Shown in pieces: positions 12,671-24,316 of a DNA stretch of 64,000 nucleotides. The translations under genes were made by a program, and so were the position numbers. The notes beneath the pieces are model-generated. The model made no database searches. It was not told where the DNA came from and saw only the letters and a program-made list of their open reading frames with translations. The stretch spans positions 5,024,001 through 5,088,000 of the forward strand of contig NC_087250.1 in NCBI RefSeq assembly GCF_037042905.1, given 5' to 3'. The stretch is from Lytechinus pictus. Taxonomy: Eukaryota. How positions within the stretch are numbered: the stretch's first letter is position 1; every line of letters starts with the position of its first letter.

Positions 12671-12773
12671 TATCATGGTAAACATGCGAAGTAATTCATG
12701 CCCGTTCTTCATCTTATACTTTCTCGCCTCTCTAGCCCTTTCTTCTCCTCTTTTCTTTTTCCGTCCCTTCTCT

Positions 12774-13040
12774 TAATAATAATAATAATAATAGACAGTT
12801 CTTGTATAGCGCATAACACATTATAAATAACGTCTCTATGCGCTTCCAAAGGACTTGGATATTATTACCCTGACTTTAGCCCCGCAGCCTTTTACAGCGC
12901 TGGGGCATTTCAAGGAATAAATTCCTGCCAGGTACCCATTCACCTCACCTGGGTTGAGTGCAGCACACTGTGGATCAGTTCCTTGCTGAAGGAAATTACG
13001 CCATGGCTGGGATTCGAACCCAGGACCCTCTGTTTAGTTA
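12774..13040 (-). mobile_element. tRNA-derived SINE, 5'-truncated, (ATT)n tail
   Basis: Reverse complement of the B-box (ggattcgaacc) and a body shared with 21786 and 32166. Confidence 0.8.
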
Positions 13041-13167
13041 CAGGCGTCTCCCGACACAAGCACCTACTGCTTTCTGGCTTTTTTACGCCTTCTTCCATGC
13101 ACATAAATTACATTTTGTATTTACATTCATTGTTATATTGCTATATTATTGATTTGTTTATTTCATA

Positions 13168-13381
13168 CACTGTTAGAAAATTTATCCTTAAAATAAAAGA
13201 AATTCCTACAGCAGAGTCTCGAGAACACCTGTAATCTTACCAGATTGCGTAATATTTTTAAACAGACCTGTTCCGTTAAATTGCAGAAAATTCCTGTTTT
13301 ATGAATTTACAGAATGATTCTGTTATTGCTTTCTGCAAATTTTTTTTTTCTTCTCTAAAATCAAGTTTTTTAAAAACAGTG
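13168..13381. mobile_element. CACT-ended MITE (TA TSD)
   Basis: ta|cactgttagaaaa ... aaaaacagtg|ta. Confidence 0.65.
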
Positions 13382-13594
13382 TATGAAATTGGATGTAACC
13401 TGTGTAATGTCAATCGGAAGAAAATAAATGTTTACTTGAATTGAATTTAAAAACCTTTCTTTGCCCCATTTATGAAACCTTTTAACATTCCAACGTTCAT
13501 CAACAAAGCAGAAAATGGTTCTAGGCAGTCCCTTTGACCCCCCCCCCCTAAATTTATCAATTTACTACAGACCAAGTAGGTCTTTGCACTCATC

Positions 13595-13833
13595 CACTTC
13601 TGGCTTCCTTGTAATTCCAAAAGTTTCAAGAACTTGAGGGGAAAGATCATTTGCTTTTGCATGCCCCACTTTGTGGAATAGCCTTCCCGAAGACATTAAA
13701 AAATGTACCTCTGTCGAAACTTTCAAAAATCTTCTAAAAACTATTTTTTCATTTAACTCTTAGCTCTTTATGCGCCTTGAGCACTCAGAGTGGATTTGGC
13801 GCTTTATAAGTCACATTATTATTATTATTATTA
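13595..13833 (+). mobile_element. 3' end of an L2/CR1-group LINE
   Basis: Encodes GERSFAFACPTLWNSLPEDIKKCTSVETFKNLLKT, typical of an ORF2 C-terminus, then a short 3'UTR and an (ATT)n tail. Confidence 0.8.
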
Positions 13834-13934
13834 AAGAACACCTACGGGATTTATACATGAATAAAATGATGTGAAGAGCCCTTGCAATTGTGTATAGAGC
13901 TTTTTACACCAGCAGCACAATAGGTTGCATAATG

Positions 13935-14163
13935 GGTTCCACGACATTCGCTCCGGCGACAATTCCTCCAATCGAAAATCTGCACGTTCAGCCGAACCAA
14001 ATACCTAACCTCCAAAACTATATAAACATTATAAATAAACTCCAATCCTTGTCAATACATTTTTCTGAACTGGTAAAATATCATTACAATCCTAACTCTA
14101 ACCCTATACCCTCTGATATATTAAGATCGGAGCAAATGTCGCAGGATTATATGTCGTGTCACC
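13935..14163. mobile_element. Small TIR element with a cctaac-type interior; related copy at about 43149-43369
   Basis: cgacattcgctccggcgacaattcctcc versus ggagcaaatgtcgcagga...tgtcg. Confidence 0.6.
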
Positions 14164-16091
14164 TGACTGGTTAAACCGTACACAGGGGTCGCGGAACTGG
14201 GAGGGGGTGGGGGGTCTTCAGCCCCCCACACTTTTTTTTCCAAACCGTGTACAAAAACGTAAAAATGACCATCCGATTGTGATTTTTTGCATAGTCAGCC
14301 CCCCCCCTACTATCATAACCGTTCCACGTCCATTGCTACATGGTTTCTTGTAATCGTACTGCACAGGGAGGGTGTTAAATCCTTGACGTAATAATCATTT
14401 AGGTAGTCTGCAGGCCTGGGACAGACCCTTGCTTTTCAAAATTCACATAGTGCATAATGCAGAGTCTGAAGTAGTGACACTAGATTCACTACAGTTTGGA
14501 GTCTAGTCTTCACTCTAGACCTGGATTCGATTAAAGTGACAAATTTGAGACTGTACTTGTAAACTAACATGACCATTGTGCCCACTGAAACACAAATGTT
14601 AGAATGACGTATATACTTTATCAACTGAAAGTTTTAACAAACTATTTTACTGTTAATTAATCAAACGGAACATAATATACTTATACCTAGAGTGAATGAT
14701 AGAAGAAATCCCTATGGCGACCCGAGAGTATGACTCCATCCCCCAAAACAAGAATAAAAACAAAAAATAGATAGATTAAAAATAAATACAATAAATATAA
14801 AAAAGTAAAAAAAAAATCAATAAAGAAAGAATAAAAAAAAAATTACCGCTTGAGAAAAATCATAATGCTGGGCACGGGGCTGTCTCCCAGGCCTGCCCAA
14901 CCCCACCCTCCACCCTTCAGCGCTGCCCTTCTGTTTATCAGGCTAGCTATATCGAGTAGTGTATAGGGCCTATTTAGGGTAACATACAAGAATGATATAA
15001 ACTTCAAGGGGCAAAAATCGTGTGATTCACTATTATAATGCAGAAATATATATTATCTATCATTTCCTTTGGAGATATTTGCACTGCACTTGTAAAATCT
15101 TAGACCCGCGGAAGTGTTTACTTGTTACAGCTCCTTGAAGATGAATTAATGATTTAATGTGATAAAACGCGGTAAAGGTTACCCATTGTTCACATTTAAA
15201 AGTAATACACTATATTCATAATTGATTATCTGTATCTGTCTTTCTGATCTATACTAGTGTCCCAAAAGTGAGATACTTTGAATAATGTGGAACCAATCAG
15301 TTAAAATCTCTCTCCCTCTCTCTATCTATCATTCCTTTCTTTGTTTCTTTCTTCTTTCTTTCTTTCTTTCTTTCCCTCCCTCTCTCGTACTTACTTTGTC
15401 CCCTAATTTTTCCTTTCATTTTTTCTTCTCTTTCCTCCTCCTCCTCCTACACCTCCTCTTTTTTATCTTCTTCTTCTTCCTTTTCTTCTTCCTCTTTCAT
15501 CTGTCATTTATCAAAATGCTTTATATATTATTCATACCAACGTGTTTTCCTGGTTTTTTTTAATGAAATGTTCACTTTCTTGCTGGTGACTGAAATTCAA
15601 TCAATAATTTTTAATGAAAAGTACGTTCAGTGAACTACAAAGTCAATCGCCTGTTTTTTTAAAATTAATTACGATTCAACCAATACAATGGTAATTAGGG
15701 AAGTCATATATGTTGATTTAATCTGATATGAAATTAGGCATGGATAATACATGGGTGTCTTTTTCAAGTATACATGGCAATTATCATGAGTACAATTAGG
15801 AACTGAAAAAAATCATATCCGAACGCTTCAGACGATCGTGTTGTCGAAAGACGAAGATTATTTTTAACCAACCCCAAAGTTGGGTAATACATGAACCTAC
15901 AAAGAAAATCCAAAATCAATTTGGATTCAATTTCGTTTTAGATAACAATTAGTAGGTTCATTATAGGGTGGTTAAATAAGTCCGAGAGAGAGTAGAACAA
16001 CTTTATACGAATCACATGTTACCATGCTCCCTCCCTTATCCAAATTTAAGAAGTCAAAAAGACAAATTCGTCAGACCCTTTACCCCCTCCC

Positions 16092-16352
16092 CACTGTAAA
16101 ATATGTTGGGTAAATTTTTACCACCACGAGGGTTATTACGTGTCCAATCAATTTGGGGCGGTATCTTACCCAATGCGGGAAGCATCTTGCTGGTGTAGCG
16201 GTTCTGTCCATCCAGTGAGGTTAAACATTAAGCAGCAGTTACTTTAGAATGGGCAAACTGGATAAATAAAAATGCCCCAAAGAAATGCCCAATGTTGGTT
16301 GGACACATAATTATCCTCATGGAGAACTTTTACCCAATATTTTTTCAGAGTG
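16092..16352. mobile_element. CACT-ended MITE (CC TSD)
   Basis: cactgtaaaatatgttgggtaaa ... tttacccaatattttttcagagtg. Confidence 0.75.
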
Positions 16353-18029
16353 CCCCCCCCCCGGGGAGGGGCAGTTGGATTTGAAAACGGTAAGTGTGGC
16401 GAGCGGCCACAAAATCTTAAACTATACCCATAGGAACTTAAATTGCTATGAAATTAGAGATCAACTTAAGAAAATAGTTAACCCTCTGCTAATGGGGTGC
16501 TTGGAAACTGGAAATTAATATTTAATGTGGATTTTCGAGAACTGAAATATGAAATAAGGGGCGATCGCCCCACCAATGAAAATATTGGAGGGGCAAACAT
16601 ATCGTTTTGCCCCCCCCCCCTCAATAATTCCGGATGTGCAAAAATAAAATAAGATTGTAATGTTACACAGAAATCGGCAAGCGAAATTGAAATACACAAC
16701 TCGTTCTTTATTCAAAATCGTGCTCAAAATGTCCGCTTTATGCTTTATGCATTTTCACCGCTTCCCAGCTGAGTATTTTGCTTAAGAATATTCCAATTAT
16801 CGGGCTTCGAACCCCGCTTAGAAAATAGGCTTTATTGTGCTTTTCACCTGCCTCGAGACCGTGACGTCACGTTGTGTAAGAAGCGTCGTGATTCCATAGG
16901 TTTGTACACAGAAAAAGTGGGTGATTTTTTTGCTTTCCAGATAACGCATTTCATTCTCTTCACTTCTATCACAGAGGGATATCACATATATTTTTACCCA
17001 CAAGCTTGAATTTATGAAATCTACAGTTTTGAACTAGTTTTTGCCATATTTTATTTCCTGCTTATTTGGCGCAGATTTCAATTCTATCTGCATTTAGATT
17101 ATGTATAACAACTTTTCCTGACATAGCAATTTAGGCCCAATAAGAGCCAAACAAAGAAATCACAAAAAAGGTAGTGAATAGTTGCAGGTTTACAAAAAAT
17201 TGAACAGTGAATAATTTTGAGTGCCATTTTCATCTGAAAACGAAAAAAAATAATGGATTCATAACATGGAAATGGAATAAAATACCCAATGCTTTTGTAC
17301 ACAAACCTATGGAATCACAACCCTCCTGACACAACGTGACGTCATCATTTCCAGGCGACGTGGGGGTGCTCAATCGAAGCGTACTTTGGAGGAGCAGTTT
17401 CTTTGATTTTTATTTTATATTTTTAACTATTGGAAGGAGATATATGTAATATTTTTGGTATATTTGTATTGTATGAATCATTACCTTTATTTTGATATAT
17501 GATTGTTTTTACACCGGTCAGGGTCTTTAAGATTTTCAGCTCGCGCTTCGCGCTCGCGTCATTTCTTTATAAAAACCCATACTTTTCATGATTAAATAGG
17601 TGAATAGAATGTCCCGTTTTCAGTTCTAAACCTCAAAAGAACTCCCGCTTCGATTTGCAAAACTTTTTTGTTGGATACAATCTTGTTGTTTATTAAAAAC
17701 ATCCAATAAACTGTCAATTTTTTCAGATGGAAATATCAAAATTTTCAGCTCATGCGCTTCGCGCTCGTATCTATTGTTCTTTTAGATACCCATCTTAATC
17801 ATTGGTACCCAAAAATGCTTGGAATATCAAGCTTTTAGGTCAGTATACTAAAAAAAAATCAGCTTGGGAACTGCTGGCAAAACGTTGAAAGGGTGTCTTA
17901 AGGGTAGTACATACCCACACTGTCATCATACGTAATTGCCCCCCGCCCCTTTAACAGGCGATTTAGCTCTTCAAAAACTACTTAATAAAATCTTAGCTTG
18001 TTTAGTGTCGAGTACGTCACTATAATCAA

Positions 18030-18383
18030 TTAATGAACCCCTGATCTCCTCACAGTCAGATAGGAGTTATCTTATCATTGCCGTGATTGGTGTCTGGTAA
18101 ATAATATCAACCCTTAGAAGTGTACCCTGACCAGTCCCACCTCTCCCTCTGACTCCAACCCGACCGATAGTCTGTCATTGGTAATAACGTGGTAGAGTTG
18201 ATCGGTGTGGATCCAGTTTGAGGGGTGTGACTGAATCTTGGTTGAGGGACCACCTACGCCCTGGAAGCTTCAAGGTACCTTGCATTTGGCGGTGTGCAGT
18301 GGATAGGTCTGGGTGTGTTATAGGCGTGCTCCCTGGAAGACGATTGTGGTCAAATCTTTGGTTAATTTCATCGAGAATTTAAG
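18030..18383 (+). other. Candidate 5'UTR exon or promoter of the GLTP-domain gene
   Basis: Unique, more GC-balanced sequence ending in AAG|gtacat. The first coding exon has an acceptor before its ATG, so an upstream exon is expected. The start coordinate is a guess. Confidence 0.3.
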
Positions 18384-18596
18384 GTACATTTTTTTTCTGA
18401 TTCTTATTCATTTTGATTTTATTTTGACATTTATCATGCTAGACATGCATGTTAAAACCACATACTGTATTATTGCTATCGTTCTCCTTATATGTTTTTA
18501 TCCCCCATCCCCCGTCCCATCTCTTTTTCTGGTTTGAAATTGGTCAGAATTGAGAATAACTCCGTTTTTTTTTACCTCCATCGTGCAACATAAATA

Positions 18597-18668
18597 GCAG
18601 TAGTAACATCAGTCGTAATAGTAGTAGTAGGAGCAGCAACAGCAGCAGCAGTAGTAGTAGTAGTAGTA

Positions 18669-18699
<31 letters not shown>

Positions 18700-18769
18700 A
18701 AGTAGTAGATGTAGAAGTAGTAGAAGTAGTAGTAGTAGTAGCAGTAGTAGCAGCAGGAGCAGTAGTAGA

Positions 18770-18810
<41 letters not shown>

Positions 18811-18811
18811 A

Positions 18812-18848
<37 letters not shown>

Positions 18849-18870
18849 ATAGTAGTAATAGTAGTAGAAG
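18597..18870. repeat. (TAG)n microsatellite
   Basis: Seen directly. Confidence 0.97.
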
Positions 18871-19664
18871 CATCATAATGACTTCCTATTGTTATTGGGT
18901 CTTTTTCGGATCCTCTGTCTTTCCTCGGGTACGCAATTGCAATTCTATGTTTATTGTTAGCTTTCTTATTTGTCAACTCTTCGTTTTCATGATTCTGAAT
19001 AACTTATTTATATTTTTTTAATTTTCAAGTTTACTAGCTTGAATCTATTGCTATGTACCTTTCAATTGTAGTTATTTCAAAGGAAGAACAACTAACTGTT
19101 AATCGAAAACCCTAGTTTTCAAAACAGGTTAAGAATAATAAAATAAAATTGTTATCACTTTTAGCATGCTTGAAATCACTGCATATCAGAGTGAAGGGAT
19201 TCACATGTACCCCCTCCTTCCAGAATATCCGCTTAGATGCTGGTACTGGTTCGTTTTTCTCCACAATATGGTTTGAATGATTGATGATATTCCATTAAAG
19301 CCTTAGAAAATGCCATTCGGGATCCCGTTATTAAGTTACTTGATAGATAATCGATCATCTTAACCTTTGCACTCCTGGAGCCCGTTTCAGGAAACTTGTT
19401 ATAATAACAATTTTGCGATAACAGTTAAAAGCTACGGAAATAATTCAATCTGATTGGCTGATAGTTAATTTGTTATAGAAATGGAGCATTTGTTATTATA
19501 ACATGCCTTTGTGAAACGGGATCCTGTGCATACACCCGTTATGACCGTACCACAATATAGGCCTATACACTAAAATAAATACAGGAAGGATATGCATAGT
19601 CGATCAACAGCAAGAAGTAACGCACTTTTCTATTAAACTTAAAAACACTAAGTGTATATGCCTA

Positions 19665-19887
19665 TACTGCTAAAACTCTGGTGTTGATTTAACACCGGCC
19701 CGGAATCTACATATATATGTCCATACCAGAGAAGGGTTAAACAACACCAGTTTCGTTTTGGTCTAACACCAGATAGGTGTTTATACAATACTAATTAGTA
19801 TCAAAACAGTGTTGTTTCAATGCTTCTCTGGTGTGGACATAATAGTTTCCGGGGTGGTGTTAAAGCAACACCGGAGTTTTTGCAGTG
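19665..19887. mobile_element. CACT-family palindromic MITE (TA TSD)
   Basis: Same family as 10111 and 57492. Confidence 0.85.
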
Positions 19888-20394
19888 TATATGCATGGAC
19901 CTATTTCGTAATAGGTCCATGGTATATGCCTTATAATAACTTATTCAAAATTAGCTTTGTCGAAAAGGACATACATACTTGCCAACCCTAGATTTGCCAA
20001 TGAAAGAGTAGAGATCTATAGATGAGGGTCGGGGGGGGGGGGGGGGTGTTGAGAGCGAGAGAGAGAGTATGTGTGAGGGGGAGAGAGGGAAAGAGGGATT
20101 CACGGATGAGTCGGAGGAGGATGTGATGTGATAAGGAAGAGTGTCGTGTTCCTTAAAAAATGAAAAATGAAAAAAAAAATGAATAACGAGTTCAACTAAT
20201 GATACGCTACCCAGGGGTCGCGAAACGGGGGGGGGGGGGGGGGGGTTGCAGTGGGAGGGGCGTCGGCCCCCACATTTTTTTCACGAAATAAAATGACAGT
20301 CAAATTGCAATTTAATGCAAGTTCACCCCTCATCTATCTATTACCCTTTCCCTATCATTTCCATTTCAGAACTTTCATTCAAGACCGTGTCAAG

Positions 20395-20504
20395 ATGACA
20401 GCCAAGATGGATGTTGCCGTTGTGAAGGATACCTTCACCGCTGCCAAATCAGGCAATGACGTCGACTTTGTACCCTTCCTGAAGGGCTATGACGAGATAG
20501 CAAG
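20395..20504 (+). CDS. GLTP/CPTP-like coding exon 1
   Basis: Acceptor ccatttcag ends at 20369, ATG at 20395, donor CAAG|gtgacg. Confidence 0.85.
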
Positions 20505-23500
20505 GTGACGTATACATGCATCTCAAAATGTAGCCCCCCCCCCCCCGACATAAAATAGGAAGTTCTCAATTCTGTTCAGTTCAGTTCAGTTCTCAGTTCA
20601 CAGTTCTGTGTGCGCGCCCTTCTTGGCGACCCAGATTGGCTGGCTCCTCCAATGCGCCTTTGAATGTCTTTGACAGATATATGGCGCTATACAAATGCTG
20701 TGCATCATCATCATCATCTTCTCGATCCGTGATGTATGGAGTATTCAAGACTAGAGAAAATGTATTGAAAATGCCCGTCAAATGACAAGGAACAGTTTGG
20801 ATGTTTTTGTCGAAAACTGGTAATCCGGAACAGCAGTTTCATCCGAAGCTTCGGAGCTGACGAGAAGTTGCAATTATGTCGTTTGTCCAGAGTCAAGGAC
20901 GAAACAGCTGTTTTGATTCACCAATTTTCGACAAAGACTTCTTGAATGTTCTTTGTCATGTAGGGCATTTGACAATACATTTTCTTTGTTCTTGAACGCT
21001 CCGTAAATCGCGGAGCCTACCCCTCCATATTGAAGCCAACGCAAAGTAATCATGATAATTTCGGTAATTGTTATTTGTTTTAAAATGCGTAATAAATAAA
21101 TAAATGCTAATTCGAAATAACGAGAAACTCCTCCAGAAACGTAAAATATCAACTCGACGTAATCATTGATGGTGAGGGTTCAACTATAGAGAAATGCACA
21201 ATCAGTTTAAGGAACCAAAGTAATAAGCAATTATTCTATTTTTTTTTACATATTACAAAAATTATATTTGTCAGAAATGAACGAAAATAGTGATAAAACA
21301 GGGGCATTTAATAATACTAAAATCCATTAAATAACAAATATTGGGACACAGTAAAAACTGTGGTGATAAACGGTGTACATAGAGGACCACATCAGTTCAC
21401 TTTCGGTTGTTACATTTACACTCTTTGGTGTTATGTTCAATCTCTAGGGTGTAATTTTAACACCTCAGGGTGTGGTCCTCTATTAACACCAACTGGTGTC
21501 AGTTTTAACACCACAGTTTTTTACAGTGGACCTATATCTTCTATAGATTTATTTCTGCTAGTCTTGTGTGAAGACCCACTTGATGATAAAAGTTTCAATC
21601 AGGGTCTGAGCCTTCAGACTACATGGTTTGGGACCTATCCGACCCATTATTTAATCATGATAATGAAATGCAAAGTTCAATAATCAGATAATTTTTTCAT
21701 CAAACCTCTCACCTTCTTTCATATCTGCAAAGGTTTTTGTCGTTTGTTTACTCGTCGCAGAATAAAGAATTTCGCTTTATCACATGTGGGTGCGTCGTGG
21801 TCTAGTGGTTCTGACTCTCGCCTTTCATACAGAGGGGCGTGGGTTCGAATCCTAGCCATGGCGTGTTTTCTTTCAGCAAGAAATTTATCCACACTGTGCT
21901 GCACTCGACCCAGGTGGGGTAAATGGGTACTGGCAGGAAGTTATTCCTCAAAAAGCTGTGCGCACCGGAATCGGTAGACTAGCTTAGCCGGGGTAATATA
22001 GGAGCGCTTTAAGCTCCTAGCAAGGTGGATACGTACGCTATACAAATCCTATATTATCATTATTGTTGTTATTTCCATAGACATGATAGAACCAATCCAT
22101 ATGCGAGCTCAGTCTCCAACTAGTCTGCAAGGCACATACTCATATTTGACACCTTTACCAATAAGTACCATGTCTAGAGTAAAGACAAGATTTCAAACTC
22201 TCTTTCTAAGGCAGTCACACTACAAAGGGAATTTAGTCTCACTACTTCAGACTCTGCATAATGCACTATTCGAATTACGAAAACCAAAGGTCTGTACTTG
22301 CAGACCATCTCCTAAGGGGTCATCTACATTTCGCTTGCATGGGTGGGGTACGTCCTCTCTTGCCGATCCATTCTAGGTCCCGTCCAACAAAGAGTTGCGA
22401 TTGATCCAATCAACCACAACTATGGAAAGCCAGCAAACTCAACATCTAAAATACATGTTTGTTCAAAATATTTCCTAGAAATGATGTATATTCATACATT
22501 CACTGTTTTCTGGACAATCCAGTATGCTTTTTTTTTTTTTTCAAAGGACATTGGGCAACTTTTCAAAAGGAAAAAAATATGACATTAATGGATTTCCATA
22601 TACGTGAGATTGATCAGATCAATCGTAACTCTTTGTAAGACGGGGCACTGATCTACGAGGAACCATGGCTAAAAAATTGAAACAAAATGCAAAGTTGAAT
22701 AAATCAACGTTCGGGGCCCCGTTCCACAAATGTCATTAAATAATCTCTACTTTAAAACAACAAATCTGATTGGTTCCTAGTCAGTCTACTGAGCAAAATG
22801 CGCATGCAACAATGCTCTTGATAGGCCATCTTATTCAGCGATTAATCGCTAACCTTTGTGTTACGGGACCCAGTAATTTACATCAAAACCCTCACCGTCT
22901 AGAGGTAGAGCGCCCACCTCATGAACGGTAGGTCGTGGGTTCGATCCCCACCCTAAGAAAATGGCACCTTCTGCCTTCAGTTGTCAGGCGCCCGACTTAT
23001 AGAATGGAAAATGGTTAAAAATGCAGGACCCGCTGGGGGAACCGTTCATTAGAGCTTAAGTAGCTACACTGGATATACTTATAATCATTAAAATTATTTC
23101 GTTATCTTCGAAGGTTGTACGACAACATGGGCCAGGTCTTCTACTTCGCTTCCAAGGACATGCGATCACGGATCAAGGCAGTCAACAACCTCACCAAGGA
23201 GGATGGGTCCGTCTACACCGCGGTCGTCAAGGCGCTCGATCACGAGAAGGCTCAGGGGATCAAGAAGAAGACCAAGGGCGGGGCCACTGCGGCGTCGAAG
23301 GTCCTCCTGGAGATGCACTGGGATGTCGCCTTCTTCATCTTGATCATGAAGGTATATAGACATTTACTAGTCTGCAAGCACAGACCCTGATTGAAACTTT
23401 GATCAACAAGTGTGTCTCCATGCACGCAAAGACTAGCAGATACAAAACTGCTGAGCGAGAGGGCCTTCAGTACACAAGGCATGAGATTGAGAAGGCTGCA

Positions 23501-24091
23501 CATTCAGACCCTTGACTCGAGTGAAGGGTTTGCACAGCAGACTACTTATGGTCTGGTGTGAAAACCCTTCAGGTCTGACTGTGCAGCTTATAATGCCCTG
23601 TGTAGGTCTACTGAAGGCCCTCTCGCTCAAGTTTTGTATGATTGTGCTATAGTCTTTGTGTGAAGAACATTTGTTGATCAAAGTTTCAATCAGGGTCTAT
23701 GCCTACTGACTATATATTTACTCTCACCCCCACCCCCCCCCCAAAAAAAAGGTATTCACACTGCAAATATACTGTTCATTGTGGCATATCGCCTGTTACT
23801 TTACAGAAAATCACATCATAATAAAGGGTCAGCCGATCGCAATGTGGTCTGTCCTTATTAAGGTTTTCAGGTTTTAACGTAACACTTTAATCATATTATT
23901 ATTATCATCATTATCATTATCTTTATTATTGTTATAATTATTATTATCATTATTATTAATATTATTATCAGTATGATTATTATTGTTAGTAGTAGTAGTA
24001 GTAGTAATGGTAGTACTACTAGTATTAGTAATAGTAGTAGTACTCGTAGTAGTAGTAGTAGTAGTAGTTAGTAGTAGTAGTAGTAGTTGTT

Positions 24092-24143
<52 letters not shown>

Positions 24144-24149
24144 TAGTAT

Positions 24150-24182
<33 letters not shown>

Positions 24183-24188
24183 TAGTAT

Positions 24189-24241
<53 letters not shown>

Positions 24242-24272
24242 GTAATAGTAGTAGTAGTAGTAGTAGTTGTAA

Positions 24273-24316
<44 letters not shown>

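Noticed and set aside
18544..18976. Poly-Leu and poly-Thr ORFs (also 23874-24522)
   Set aside because: Artefacts of (TAG)n microsatellites.
21786..21860. tRNA genes here and at about 22900, 32365-32438, 60290-60363 and 61381
   Set aside because: A and B boxes run into shared SINE bodies and no convincing cloverleaf is seen. They are SINE heads.
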